DNA of 64,000 nt from the human T2T-CHM13v2.0 reference genome, Homo sapiens, in NCBI RefSeq assembly GCF_009914755.1, contig NC_060927.1; one strand, 5' to 3'. How positions within the stretch are numbered: position 1 is the first letter of the stretch; every line of letters starts with the position of its first letter. The notes under the pieces are model-generated. The model saw nothing but the letters and a program-made list of their open reading frames with translations. It searched no databases and was not told where the DNA came from. This document shows, one piece after another, positions 44,367-61,515 of the stretch. Made by a program: the position numbers and the translations under genes.

Positions 44367-46089
44367 GTTAGTGTTCTTCAAGGTTCTAAACAAGAAGTAG
44401 AGAAGTAGGATAAGAGGGCAAGTTGCAGGTTTAGGCTGTGAGTTGAAGGGAGCACTTGAAAGGAGAGATTATAGAATAAGTTTTCAAGAAATTTGGCAAT
44501 GGATTTTTTTTTTTTTTGGTCCAAGGCGCATGCTCATTTATATACCAGAATTGGCTAGAGTTCATGAGGCCCTGAACAAATATCACACACAAGCAAGTAC
44601 AGTCTTCCAAAGTTCTTCACTTTTGTCTTTTTGTGTAGCTTGATGTAAAGTGTGGCTCTTAACATATTCTCTTTATGCTTAGAGATATAATAGGCACAAT
44701 ATTACTTTTATTATATCTGTAACCATTACTTCCTTTTTGATTATGTTGTTTATAAAGTGCCAATTAATCACTACTATAGTTTGGAGTTACAGTATCTGAC
44801 TTAACATATTTGTACAATTGATTGTTGAGCCGGGCATTGATTAGATGAATTAACTTTCAACAAAGTTTATTTGAACTTCAGTCATTGGTGGATATTTAAG
44901 AAGTACAGATTATGATAACTGCTTTTATAGGAAAGGATGCTTGGTACATTTTTTCATATGACATAGATCTTACATTTTTATTTATTCTGGATAAATATCT
45001 GATAATGTCAGGTTCATTGGATTCTTCAAAATAACCTCATTGTCTCTCTCTTAAGAGGGAGAGGGAAGTAGAATATGTGTAAATTTATATAATGTTGTTT
45101 TCTCAAAACTGCACCTATGTGAATGAAACAGAAACATGTTCAGGGACAGTTAGTGTTTCAAATTCTCCCAATTAGATATGGAGCATATTTATTATGGAGC
45201 ATATTTATTAAGTAGAAAATTATTATGGTCTAATTCCAAATTTTTTATATTTTAGGTCCTATATTGCGACCTAGTTGGACTTTCGTTTAAAAAAAAGTCT
45301 AAATTATGCAGAAGGGAGACGTCAAAGAAAAAGGAGAGACTGAAGAACAAGAAGGCTGAAAGTAATGAAAATAGAATTGCTAGACAGTGTCCTGGAGGGA
45401 CAAGAGGGAATGGGGTAGAGAGAGCACAGGTAAATGGATGAGCTTTGGATGAGAAGAGGAATAACTAGTCTTTGGAGGAAGAGGAAAATGGATGAATACC
45501 GGTTCAGATATAGATTATTTGTCTTAGTGACCTGGTTTATTTGTAAGGACTAACCCATTTTAGGCAGTTAATTAAATTAATCATTTAAAAGGTGAGATTC
45601 CTCAATTCTGACTTGAGATGGACCTAAATTTGTTTATTCTGTTTAAGTAGTAACTTTATTTTTTTAGTGACAGATTTAAGAAGTATCTTACTGGTACTAT
45701 TCCATTGGTTTTCTTATTTTAATTTTATAAATAATGTGTTTACTGAGTTTTTTTATAGGTGCTTCTTAGGTTTCTAATAGACTTCTCTAAAATATATTGG
45801 TTTAAATGGCCTTTAAAGTTGATAAGCAGAAAGATACTTGAGTTTATCTAGTCCAAACCTTCATCAGGAAAGCTGTGATTGAGTGATTTGTCTGAAGTCA
45901 TACAGCCACTTAGTAGCAGAGTAAGAGAGGAATATTGGTTTTATGGTTCTTGGGGTAATGCTGTTTCCCTTATGCCAACTGATTGCATAAGGGAACTAGT
46001 GTACTGATTTCAGCGCCCATACTTGTGTATGTCCTTTGAGCTAGAGTATCAAAGGACTTCAAAACTTCAAAACTAGACTTTTTAGGTTA

Positions 46090-47620
46090 TTTAATATTCC
46101 TTCAACAAATGTTTCTCAGCTGTCTACCGTATGACAGTCACTGTTTAAGATCTTGAAGATCAACAAGTTCTTGGGCCTCAAGAATGAGGGAACCAAAAAA
46201 TAAACACTGAATTAAAAATGAACAGAAATTTAGATAATCATCAGTGCTATCAAAGAAACAAAATGGAGAAATAGAATATGGTAGCAGAACTATGTGCTTT
46301 AGATAGAATAGTCAAGGAAGATTTCTCTGAGTTAGTGATATTTGAGCTGAGACTGAATGATAAGGCACTCGCCATTGAAGATATCTAGGAGTGTAGCATT
46401 CCAGACAAAAGCCCTAAACTTGAACATGGTGTGGCACAGTTGATGAATGAAAAAAACTAAACACTGACCGGGGTTGGGGGAATGGAAGGAGAAGAGATCA
46501 GAGAGACCATTAAGTAGGGCTTTGTAGACTGTGGTATAGAAAGATAATTTTATTCTAAGTGAAATGGTGTGGTATTGGAGGAGGAGAGTGAGTGAGTAAC
46601 CTAAAGAATATGTTTCAAATATCACACTGCTTGATGGAGAATGGATTGTAGGAGGGCCAAAAGTGGAAGCAGGGGCACCAGTTAGGCAACTCTCATGTTT
46701 GTTCGAATAAAAGATTGTGGTGGCTTGGACTCGGTGATTCTGGTCAAGGCAAAGAGAACTGGTTGGATTTGGGATTTATTTTGGAGGTCTGCTGGATTTG
46801 CTAAGAGACTGGGTATGGGAGTTTGGGGAAATAGAGGATGGTGAGAGTAAGAGAGAAAAATGGTAGACTGGGGAAAGGGCACATCTTGGGGAAAGAAATC
46901 AGATGGTTTTTCTGGGACTTGTTAAATTTGAAATGCCTACTGGATATCCAAGGAGACAGTTAAATAGTCACATCTAGTGTTTGTTGAGGAGAGGTTAGAC
47001 CTGGTGTTGCAGATCTGGGAGGCGTTCGCATTAACACCATATACTGCAGAGTTGGCAAAGAGAAGGAAGAGAAGGTGGTTTGGAATTGAGGCATTGCATG
47101 TTTAGAGGTAGCCAGGGGGAGAAGTCAGCAGAGAGCCAGTGACGTAGGAGAAAAGTCAGAAATACTGTGTTGTGGAAGCCAAGAGAAGAGAGCATTTTAA
47201 AGAGGGATATTTATGTTCACTTGGGTTAAATCATGCTGCCAGGCCGGGTATGATGAAAACAGAGAAGTGACCGTTGATTTGGCAATGTGGAAGGCATTAG
47301 TGTCCTCAGCTAGAGCAGTTTTAGTGGCATGGTGGGGTCAGAAGCTGATTGGAGAGGGTTGAAGAATGAATGGAAGGTAAGAAGAGACAACGACTAGAGA
47401 TGATGCTTTTAAGAAGTTTTTTTTCCTTTTCTTTTTGTGTGTTTTTTTAAGTTGAGAAATTCCCATCATCGTTTATATGCTGATGGGAATGATCGCTAGA
47501 GAGGAAAATTAATGGTGATTTGGGAAAGAAAGATTAATTGTGGAGTAAAGTCCTTGAGGTAGCACTGGTGGAATGGGATAGAGAGCACAAGTAGAGGGAT
47601 TACCCTTTCATAGGAGTGGG
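46090..47620 (-). mobile_element. L2 LINE fragment
   Basis: Purine-rich reverse L2 motifs (tttgagctgagactgaatga, gttaaatttgaaatgcct, gagcagttttagtgg). Confidence 0.7.
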
Positions 47621-47850
47621 GATGCAATTACGTAATATAAAAAAGGGACCTCAAGCCACTTTACACACAGCCCCTCCCTTCAGTCTTAACAATCTCCTTT
47701 AGACCAGCTTGATCTTTCTGTAATCACTAGTGTTTTTTTTTTTTTCTGTGCCACATTAATATGTTCTTTCAGATTGAAGTCATCCTATATAAGGCTTAGT
47801 ATGAAGCAGTTGATGATATTTAATAACAATTTTAAATTTTATGCCAACAG

Positions 47851-47968
47851 GTGAAGCAAAAAATTTATTGCCATATCTTGGACCCCACAAAATGAGAGAT
47901 TGTTTCTGTACCATAAATTTGGACCAGGAAGAAGTTTATCGTACCCAAGTTGTGGAAAAATCTTTAAG
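47851..47968 (+). CDS. RASA2: RASA2 coding exon 2 (C2A domain)
   Basis: cag|GT...; (C)[38 protein letters not shown](S); donor AG|gttggt; 118 nt, phase 1 to 2, in frame with exon 1. Confidence 0.96.
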
Positions 47969-48446
47969 GTTGGTAGAAAAAATTGGTAAATTATAATTTT
48001 TACTATATAGATTGGTAAATATTATGCATTTTCCAGATTATAATAATCAAGAAGACAAGACAGAAACAGTGCTTGCTTTCATGTGGCTTTTCATTGCCTC
48101 AAAATGTATCTTCCTCTTAATTGTTCCTAATTTTATCTTTGTTTTCTGGAGAAAAGTTTTTTCACATGACAGGCTAAATATTGCCTATTCGTTTGAACTT
48201 TCCTCAAAGTACATCTTTATTTTATTTATCTAAAGAATAAGTTACTTAAAGTTCATAGAAGTTGCTTAACTTAGTAGTGCATTATCAGGGAATGAATTCT
48301 CAGATAGATGTCTCATCTTTGAAAGTGTAATTGCCCTTTGAGAGTATCATATTAAATTCTAATTCATAAAACTGGAATATACCACCTCTGCACCGTAGCA
48401 ATGTGAACATAATTCTAGTGCAGAGTTGTGCTGAGAATCTTGTTCA

Positions 48447-48783
<337 letters not shown>

Positions 48784-49659
48784 CAGGGTGTGGGGTATTA
48801 TTGGAATGAGCATGTGGTGGATGAAATATTGAATGCCATGCCTTATCTGAATCATATTTTAGGTCAGTTGTATTTTAGGGATCTGTTTTTTTTTTTATGC
48901 CTTTAAAAAAATATCTTTCTTTTACATTTGCCTTTGAAGTTTCCCTTTATGTCTTTATTTTCATTTTTTATAATTTTAAATATCTATTGAATTCTTCTTA
49001 GAAAAGGTATTGTATAAAACTGAAAATACTTTAGTAGCCCAAAAACATTTCAAGGAGTAAACTTGAAATCTTTAGTCTTAATTCTCATATTGTTCTTATT
49101 TGGCTTTAGAATGTACTTTAAACATAATATTTGAATGTGGATGTGATATATAAAGGAAATTCTGCATTTATAATTGTTTAGAAAATAATGCAAAGAGATA
49201 CATACCTACACATGTCTTGTCTTTCATATCATGTTTTCATATCATATTTGACTAATAGTTCTTTTTGCATTGATTTCTATGTTGAAATTAATTAGAAGGC
49301 TCTAGTTACTTTGTGAGACCAACTTTTAAAAGTTTAGTTTGGTTACATTTGAAGGGAAAAATATAGTGACAAAAGTTCACCAGGCATTTTAACAACTAAA
49401 AAGCTGAACCAACTGTTTTCTAGACAAGATCAGATATGACTTCTGTAGGAGTATTTTACTTTATATTTCAGCTTCTCATTTAGTTATGACATCATAAAGA
49501 TACTGCATTTCATAGCGATATTTCTAGAGAATCTTTTTGTTCTTTAAACTTTCTCAGGAAAGAGGTACACTTGACAAAAGAAACTATCATTTCAGAGATT
49601 CGCGTCTTCATAGAAGAATCATAGAAGGATAAATATATCAAAATGGCATTCTTAAAATG

Positions 49660-50860
49660 AACTTATAAAAATAAGCTTTGCAACATGAGGATGGGCAAAG
49701 ATTTCTTGCTTTGAATGCAAGAAGCACCACTAATTATAAAAGATGAAAATTGGTAAATTAGATTTTATCAAACTTAGAGGCTCCTTTTCTTTAAAAGACA
49801 CTGTCAAGAAAATTAAATGGCAAGCCACACCTGGGAGAAAGTATTCTGACAAAAGACTTGTATCCAGAATTTATTTAAAAACAAAAACCCTGATAACTCA
49901 AAAGAAGACCGATGGCCATTTAAAATATGGGGAGAATACTTAAACAGATATTTCAGAAAAGATATGGCCAAGAGCACATGAAAAGGTATTGGACATTGTT
50001 AGTCATCAGGAAATCAATTTAAAACCATTTTTGTCACTATAGATTCTAGAACATAATCTGCAGTGATAGAAATCATATCACTGGTTGCCTGTAAGAATAT
50101 GGTGGGAGTGATTGCAGAGTCACAAGGGAACTTTCTGGGGAGATAAAAATGTTTTGTATCTTGATTATAAGGTAGAGATTACATAGGTGTATACATTTAT
50201 CATGTTACATTCACTAGAATAGCTAAAGTTAAAGGCTGTCAGTACCAAGATGTGGAACAACTGGAGCATTGCTGTTAGGGGTGTAAAACAGTACAACCAC
50301 TTTGAAAACAGTTTGACAGTTTCTTGTAAATTACACATTCACCTGCCTTTTAACTCAGCAGTTGCATTCTCAGTAATCAAAAGCATGTGTCTAGAAAAAG
50401 CTTTATATAAGAATGTTCATAGCAGCTTTACTTTTGATAGCCCAAACTGGAAACAACTCAAATAACATCACTAGGCGAATGGATTTGGAATGCAATGGAA
50501 TACTATGCAGCAATTAAAACAGTTGAACTACTATGTACACAACAACATCGAAAAAATCTCATAGACATTAAGCTGAATGAACAAAGCTGGACATGAGTAC
50601 ATACTATATGATTCTATTTATGTGAGATTTTAGGATAGATGTATAGTGATAGAAAACACATCACAGGTTGGGGCAGGTATGATGGGGTAACTGAAGGAGA
50701 GGCATAAGAGAACTTTCTGGGGAGATAGCAGTGTCCTTTATTTTGATTGGGGTGGAAGCTACACAGTTGTATAAATTTATCAGAAGTCATCAACCTCTAT
50801 ACTTTAAATTGGATTTTTATTGTTTGTAACTTATAGCTCAATAAAACTGATTTAAAAATA
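49660..50860 (+). mobile_element. Old L1M (L1MC/ME-like) 3' end
   Basis: ggcaaagatttctt, gacaaaagacttgtatccagaat, aatgttcatagcagcttta, terminal ctcaataaaactg. Confidence 0.75.
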
Positions 50861-51304
50861 CCTTGTTTTAATTTTTTAAAAATATTTTTTAAAGTTGATT
50901 TTAAAATTGCATATTTTAATTTTTTAAAAATAGCTTAATTTAAAAAAAAATTTTGAAGTAGCTTTTCACATAACATTGGCTGTTTTAGGTATTATGTATT
51001 GTAAATAATACAGCTTTACACATTTCTAAGACAAGGATGGTATGAATGACACTATCCTCACCTCTCAAATGGTCCACCTTAGGTGAGCATGACCCCAGGC
51101 AGTTACTGTATCTTCTATCCACAGGACTGCTGAAAAGCTATTTGTTCAGAACTCATACTGGCAACTTAGATCCCTTCAGTGTTCAGCTTGGTTTGTATAG
51201 AACTTAGTTGAAATTTAGCATTGAGAATTATTTTGGGGCTTTTCAAATTCTTTTCAATGGCATTTTAGTCCATAATTTCATTAACTTTATTGAAAGTGAT
51301 ATTA

Positions 51305-51911
<607 letters not shown>

Positions 51912-52015
51912 GAAAGTGATATTATTTGAGTATTTATACAATTATTATTGAAAGTGATATTAATTATTATTTATTTTATATTATTTGAAGTAATGAGCTT
52001 TCCTTTTCTTTCTAG

Positions 52016-52119
52016 CCCATTTTTCAGTGAAGAATTTTACTTTGAGATTCCAAGAACTTTCCAGTATTTGTCTTTCTATGTTTATGATAAGAATGTTTTA
52101 CAAAGAGATCTCCGTATAG
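52016..52119 (+). CDS. RASA2: RASA2 coding exon 3 (C2A domain)
   Basis: Polypyrimidine tract plus tag|C; PFFSEEFYFEIPRTFQYLSFYVYDKNVLQRDLRI(G); donor G|gtatgt; 104 nt, phase 2 to 1. No further exon was recognised in the window. Confidence 0.96.
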
Positions 52120-52460
52120 GTATGTACTATTCATAATTATCTTTAATCACAATGTTAATGTTTATATTCATTCGTTCTCTTAGTATAGTTTTGAAAATTG
52201 CAGAATAATATATGCTCAACATCTCTGATCTTTTTCTGTAGACTACATGTTCATTTGTGAAATTTCATTTTTAATTTGTATGTTCAGCTTATATGACACT
52301 TTCTCAGGGAGGCCTTTGCAGCTCCCCTAGTCACTATGTCATATGTTTTTATAATTCCTGATGGTTCCCTTTCCATGGTACTCATTATGCTTATTCATTA
52401 GTTGGCTGTTTCATATCTAGGTTCTCTAGTTAAATGTGAAATTTAAAAGGGCAGGGACTC

Positions 52461-52757
52461 TTTTTTTGTTTTTTTTTTTGACACAGAATCTTGCTCTATC
52501 TCCCAGGCTGGACTGCAGTGGTGCGATCTTGGCTCACTGCAACCTCTACTTCCCAGGTTAAGCGATTTCTCCTGTCTCAGCCTCCTGAGTAGCTGGGATT
52601 ACAGGCGTGTGCCACCACGCCTAGCCAATTTTTGTATTTTTAGTAGAAACAGGGTTTCACCATGTTGGCCAGGCTGATCTTAAACTCCTGCAGGAAATCC
52701 ACCTGCCTCGGCCTCCCAGAGTGTTAGGATTACAGGCATGAGCCACCACGCCTGGCC
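52461..52757 (-). mobile_element. AluS
   Basis: Reverse Alu; 15-bp TSD gggcagggactcttt at 52449-52463 and 52758-52772. Confidence 0.93.
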
Positions 52758-52957
52758 GGGCAGGGACTCTTTCTTACGGAGCACCTTACACTTAGTAAGT
52801 GTTGGGTAAGTATTTGTTTAGTGGTTCAAATAATGTTTTTATAGAAAGATTGCAGTTTTGATCCTTCCAAAGAACATCTGTTGTTGAGGTTTTTCTAATA
52901 GAAGTAATAATTCACTTTAATCTATTTATACATTTTCTTCCTGTCTGTATTAGTGAC

Positions 52958-53328
52958 TGTATTAGTCCATTCTCACACTGCCATAAAGACATACCTGAGA
53001 CTGGGTAATTTATAAAGAATATAGGTTTATTGGCTCACAGTTTTTCAGGCTGTACAGGCTTCTGCTTCTGGAAGGCCTCAGGAAACCTACATGAGTGAAA
53101 GGCAAAGGGGAAGCAAGCACATCTTCACATGGCTGGCAGGAGAGAGGAGAGTTGGGATGTGCTACACACTTTTACAATAACCAGATCTCATGAGAACTCA
53201 CTGTCATGAGAGCAGCAAGGGGATGTCTGCCCCCATGATTCAGTCACCTTATGCCAGGCCCCTCCTCCAACAGTGGGATTACAGTTTGCCATGACATTTT
53301 CGTGGGGACACAGAGTCAAACCATATCG
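52958..53328. mobile_element. Solo MSTA-like MaLR LTR
   Basis: tgtattagtccattctcacactgccataaag ... aaaccatatcg; 5-bp TSD gtgac at 52953-52957 and 53329-53333. Confidence 0.88.
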
Positions 53329-53332
53329 GTGA

Positions 53333-53642
<310 letters not shown>

Positions 53643-53892
53643 AATAAATATATTTCTTAAATAATTGTCAGACTAGAGTGTGATCTGTGGGCATGAACTA
53701 GAACAGAGCTAACTGGCCACATATGTGTCACATTCCTGATCTTTGCACCACTATCTTTGTATTTTAATCATAGGCAGAGGTCTAATTTACATTTATTCTC
53801 TTTCTTTTTAGTATCCTAAATTTCATCTCCCTTTCCTTTTTTATTTGAAATATGGTCAAGTCTCCTACAGCTTAAAAAATTAAGCATTATTT

Positions 53893-54233
<341 letters not shown>

Positions 54234-54399
54234 CTAACTTCTGATGTTTCTCTGTGTTTGATATTGAACTCCTTAACAAATGGTCTGTGTCAGTCCTCTG
54301 CTTGCTACTTATTTCTTTTAAAATCTCTATAATCTGGCTTCTATGTTTTTTTGATAAACCTTTCTTGAAATTTGCCAACATCATTTTAATCAAATAACC

Positions 54400-55250
54400 T
54401 TTAAAACAATATGTTTTTCTTAATTATAAAACTGTTATATGTTCTTAGTATTTGGTAGTGATTCTCTACAGAAATAACTACAGTTAATAATTTGGTGTAT
54501 TTCTTCCATTCTTTATTTCATACATTTGTATTACTACATTTTATTCAGATTTTTTCCTTTTCAATTAATACCATAGTGATCCTTTCCCCATATCATTAAT
54601 ATTTGTTAAAACTATTTGTTACATAATATCCTTTATAGAAAAGTGTTTTATTTTAACCACATCCTTGTTGGTGAACATTTACATTTCCAAATTTTGGGCA
54701 TCCTCAATGGTGTTGCTATGAACAAATGTCCTTTGGCATAAATTTTTGCATGTCTCTTTTTCCCCAGGATAAATTCCTAGAAGTGAAAATACTGAGTCAA
54801 GGGGTATGAACATTTTTATGATTTCCTCTGTAAATTTCTGTATTGCCCCTCTGCCCCACAGAGTATCATACTAATATGGACGACATAAATGTTGTACTAA
54901 TTTACATTTCCTCAAAGATGTCATGGGCATAACCATTTTACCACCCCCTGGCCATTCTTGCATATTATCATTGAAAAAAATTTGCCAATATGATAGGTGA
55001 AAAATAACACATTATTATTTTAATGTGTGTTTTCTGATTTTGAAGGAATTTGAGGAATTTTTCATATGTTTATTGGTATTTACATTTTTCTTCTGTGAAT
55101 TGATTGCTCATTCCTTTGCCTATTTTTCTTTTGGTTGGAGTTCTAACATTTATCCTTAAGCCTTCTTATTTTTAGATATGTTAACTTTTGTCAGCTATAT
55201 ACATACCAAATACTCTGTCTCACAAAAGGCATTTTCTTAGTTTTTATTGT
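54400..55250 (-). mobile_element. Old L1M fragment
   Basis: ggataaattcctagaagtgaaa...gtcaaggggtatgaacattttt and related reverse L1ME motifs. Confidence 0.65.
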
Positions 55251-55637
55251 TATCTGCCTCTGTGTCACATTTCACTCTCTTGATTGCTTATTCGGTTTGC
55301 TGAAAGTGAAAGAAAAGACATTTTCATGGTGGTGTATTTTTTTAGATGTGTTTCTCCCTCTGATGCCTTCTTATATGCAGACTCTTCTGTTTGTAGCAAA
55401 CCGTTGATTATAGATCACCCTTGAAGCTGTATCCTCAATTCAGTTTAACATTTACCAAACACTTCTCCGTGGCACACAAAGGTTGGGACTTTTAAGATGA
55501 GTAAGACTCGTTGCTCATCAGAGAGGCAGACTTCTAGTCTAATACTAATATATTAGTACTAATATATTAGGGTCTGTGCTGGAGATATGAACAGAATACT
55601 TAGAATAGTAGGGAGAACAGCTCATTTTATTTGGTAG

Positions 55638-55997
<360 letters not shown>

Positions 55998-56214
55998 CCA
56001 GGAAGAACAGTTTCAAGGTGACAGGGATTGGCAGAAGCAGAGGGGGAAGAATGAATCATGTTTGTGGTGTACCTGCTGGAGGAGGGTGATAGAAGCTGAG
56101 GATATAAATTGGGACCAAACTGATGAACCCTAGAAACCATTCTTAATTCCAAAAGCTAAGGAACTTGGACTTTATTCTGTAGACAGTGGTTTTGAACCTT
56201 TTGAGAATGTATGT

Positions 56215-56455
56215 AACTATATATAACTGGAGTGTGTGTGTGTGTGTGTTATAATATACATGCATTTGTACTGCTAGAAACAGAAGAATCTGCATATTGT
56301 ATTATATGATATACAGTTATATATAGTTACATACACATATATATATGCACACACATATATACACATACACTTATATACACAGATATATATACACACACAG
56401 TTATATACACATGCAGATATTATATATTCTAATTTAAATATGTAATCTATATACA
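56215..56455. repeat. (TG)n / (TA/CA)n low-complexity tract within L2-like sequence
   Basis: Alternating purine-pyrimidine runs. Confidence 0.8.
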
Positions 56456-57810
56456 TCGAGTTTGTAGTACTGTTGTAGGCCATAAGAAGTTGTTGATTTG
56501 GAATAGGGAGCGGTTAGAGGCAGGAAGACCAACAGGTATGCTGTTTTCAAATGAAATGAGTTAGGGCAGTTGCAGTGGAAATACAGATGAGGGAATGTAC
56601 TTCAGGGGTTTCAAATAGGGCATAGGGACCAAGATGAACAGGAGATGTGAAAAGGAGAAGAGTTTAAAATGGTCTTGTTTGTATGGCTGTCATTAAATTA
56701 GATAAAGAACACAGCAAGAACATTCACTTTTGAGTGAGAAGGGGAGAGGATGACTTTGGTTTCAAACAAGTTAAACTTAGTATTACCGGGGTACATCTTA
56801 GTGGACATGTTGGTTGACAGTTGGAAATATAGATCTGAAGCTTAGAGAAAAGAGCTAGAGATGTAGATTTGAGAGTTATTAGCATTAAGTGATAGGTGAA
56901 GCCTGTGTTGGAATGAACGAAATTACCTGGGAGTGGATAAGGAGGGTTTCAGGGAAGAAGAGACTTGAAGATAGATAAGGCATATCAGGAAGTAGAAAGA
57001 AAGATGGGAGAGATTAATGTCAGAGAAGATAAGGAAACCTTTTAATGTCAGCAACTAGAGAAAGGTGGAGTCAGATAAGGATTGATAGAGGCTATTGGTA
57101 GTTATTAATAACCTTTGAGAGAATGTATAACTTCGGCCATCATACCTTAAGAAAAATGTTTAGTAATTTTCGTCTCTTTACATGTTATAATCTTAAGGTA
57201 ATATTTCTTGAAAAGGCCTTTAAGGCCTTTTAAATAGCAGCATAAAGTTGAGGTTTATGATTTCCAGAAGTTGCCTTTGTTTTTTGTTTATTTTGAAAGT
57301 AAAAATCAACTTTAGGTAAAATAATTTCTAGTAAAAATCAGTTGTTTAGGGAGTGGTGTCAGAAAGCTGTAACTGTTGGTGTGATAACTTTTTCTTAAAT
57401 GTTTATTCTTTCTAAGGGATAAAATTTATACATTTAACAGAAAATTCTTTTTCCTTTTGCATATAGAGTTATTATTAAACACACTACATACCCTTTAAGG
57501 TTGGAAGTGGTTGATGGTTTTACTTATACATTTTTAACATTTTTCTAGTTCAGTATCATTTTCTTTTGTCATTAACACACAGGTTTTTTTTTTTTTTAAT
57601 TTTGAGCTATTGGAAGTTGAGTTTTCTTAATTTATAATTTGGAGCCACTCAATTGTAGATTAAACACTGACACAGCATTTTCTGGAAATGAAATTTGAGC
57701 TAGAATTTAGAGAATCATCTTTTAAACTTAAGATCTTAGATTCAGTACAAGTTGAGCATAGATAGATTTTAGGGGTTTTTTATTTTTAATTACATGAGTA
57801 ATGTATGGAT

Positions 57811-59102
<1,292 letters not shown>

Positions 59103-59717
59103 TAAATTACTTTTGACCACTGCCTCCTCCCAGTCCTCTTCCCAGAGGTAATAATTGTTATTAATTCGGGGCATAATTGTTTATATTAGGCATCTTTATA
59201 TGCTAGGAACTGTTAGTACAAAATGAGAGAAAAAGAAAAACTTTAAGCATATATTTTTATTTCCAATGAGGATTCTAATAATATTGAAATTAAAACATAA
59301 ATGTTTTACCTCCTATTATGTATTTTTTAGTTATTTTGTTATTCAAGAGCTCAAACAAGTAAACTATGACTATTTTTCTAGAGCTCAAACAAGTAAACTG
59401 ACTATCTTAGTAGACTCTGGCAGTTCTCCCCGACCCCTCACTCCACCTTGGTTCAGAACCATATAGAAATGAAAGGATTTTACTAGAATGTCAGAGACCT
59501 GAATACCAGTCATGACTATGTCACTATCTATCTATGTGATCTTCATTGAGTCATTTTCTTAGGCCTGGTTCATCCATAAAATAAGATTGGGTTTAAAATT
59601 GCTAAGGTCTTTTCCAACACTTTGAATTGTAATTTCTGCTGACATTTAGCTTTTAAGCAAAATTTACTGTGTATAAATTGCTTATGGCTACACTTTGGTG
59701 TCTGTTTGCACAGGGAC

Positions 59718-60122
59718 TATATCAGTTATCTACTGCTATGTAAGTACTCCAATACTTACTGGCTTAATACAGCAACCGTACATTTACTCATGATCCTATT
59801 GTTTGTCAGTTTGAGCTGAACCTAGCTGAGTGGCTCGGCTGGTCTCGCCTGGGGCTGATGTGCAGTTATCTGGGAGATTGGGGCTGGCTGGTCTGATTCA
59901 TATGTCTGATGGTTGGTGCTGACTATTAGCTGGACCTTCCTCACCACATGGTCTCCTGATTGGTTCTAAGAAGGCAAGCCCTAATGCAAAGGTGTGTCAC
60001 ATTTGCTGATGTCCCATTGGTAAAAGCAAGTCACATAATCCAAGAGTCAGTGCTATAGGAGACCACACAATGGTGTAGATAACCAGGAGTTATGGAGGCC
60101 ATTAATATACCAGTTTACCACA
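59718..60122. mobile_element. MLT1-type MaLR LTR
   Basis: tcagttatctactgct...tggcttaatacagcaacc...gtcccattggtaaaagcaagtcacat...taccaca. Confidence 0.7.
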
Positions 60123-60271
60123 AAGACCAAAATATGTCTATCGAAACCTCGTACACTAAGGCTTCGAAGTGCTGCCATTGTCTCTAAATTGCTGCTGTTG
60201 ACTGTTTGCCAGGATTTGTTCAGTCCTCTGGTCCTGTTTCATTTTTCTATAGACAGTAATATTTGTCACTG

Positions 60272-60579
<308 letters not shown>

Positions 60580-61004
60580 TGTCACTGTTTTTATCTCCTC
60601 TTTTAGCCATTTCTGCTAGTGCTCAAGTAGGAACAGGACTATCAGGATTTTCCTAATTGGTGAATTGTATCAGGCTGAAATTTCTAAGAATATATTGTAT
60701 CTAAAAATGGGTCCCAAGGGTAACACAGTATTTACTGATGGCAAGAAAATGCTGCTGAAAAATGGTATTAGAAAGCTAAAAATGCTTTTTTTTTATTTAA
60801 AGATCAACAAAGGTGGTTTCTGTGCCCACAGTTCCTTCATTTCCTTTTGTGTTTCCTTTCTTTGTCTGATTTTAAGGAACTAATACAGCATCTGGTGTGT
60901 ATATGTTTGGTTTTAAGCTCTTTCTGTCTGTGAGTTTGTCAGGACAGTGAGGAAATGAAGTACTAACTTTAAATGATTTGTTGGGACGTTTGTTTCTTGT
61001 TGAC

Positions 61005-61133
61005 TTTTTTTTTTTAAGAGTTGGGGGTCTCACTGTGTTGCCCAGGCTGGACTTGAACTCCTGGGCTCAAGCAGTCCTCCTGTCTCAGCTTCCCAGGTAC
61101 CTGGAACTACAGGCATGCACCACTGCACCCAGA
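61005..61133 (-). mobile_element. Alu monomer (FLAM/FRAM-like)
   Basis: Single reverse monomer with a poly(T) tail. Confidence 0.8.
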
Positions 61134-61216
61134 TGTGTTTGATTTTTTTTGAAGTTGGTAACTTCATAGCTAGTGAAATAATGAATTAATTTTGTTTAAA
61201 ATAGTAATCAACAACT

Positions 61217-61515
61217 GGCCACAGTGGCTCATGTCTATAACCCCAGCACTTTGGGAGGCCAAGGCAGTTGGACTGCTTAAGCTCAAAAGTTCAAGACCAG
61301 CCTCGGCAACATGGTGAAAACCCATCTCTACAAAAACTATAAAAAGTAGCCAACTGGGACCAACTGTAAAAATTACTTCTGGCTACTTGGGAGGCTGAAA
61401 TGGGAGGATCACCTGAGCCCAGGAGATCGAGGCTGCAGTGAGCTGTAATCATGCCACTACACTCCATCCTGGGCAGCAGAGCAAGACTCTGTCTCAAAAA
61501 AAAAATTAAAAAAAA
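61217..61515 (+). mobile_element. AluJ
   Basis: Diverged Alu dimer with poly(A). Confidence 0.88.

Noticed and set aside
50050-50205. Segment resembling 50640-50785 as a local duplication
   Set aside because: Low identity; more simply a second old L1M 3'-end fragment.
59347-59410. ~33-bp tandem duplication (agagctcaaacaagtaaact...); similar small duplications at ~45178 and ~63820
   Set aside because: Ordinary slippage duplications with no further structure.
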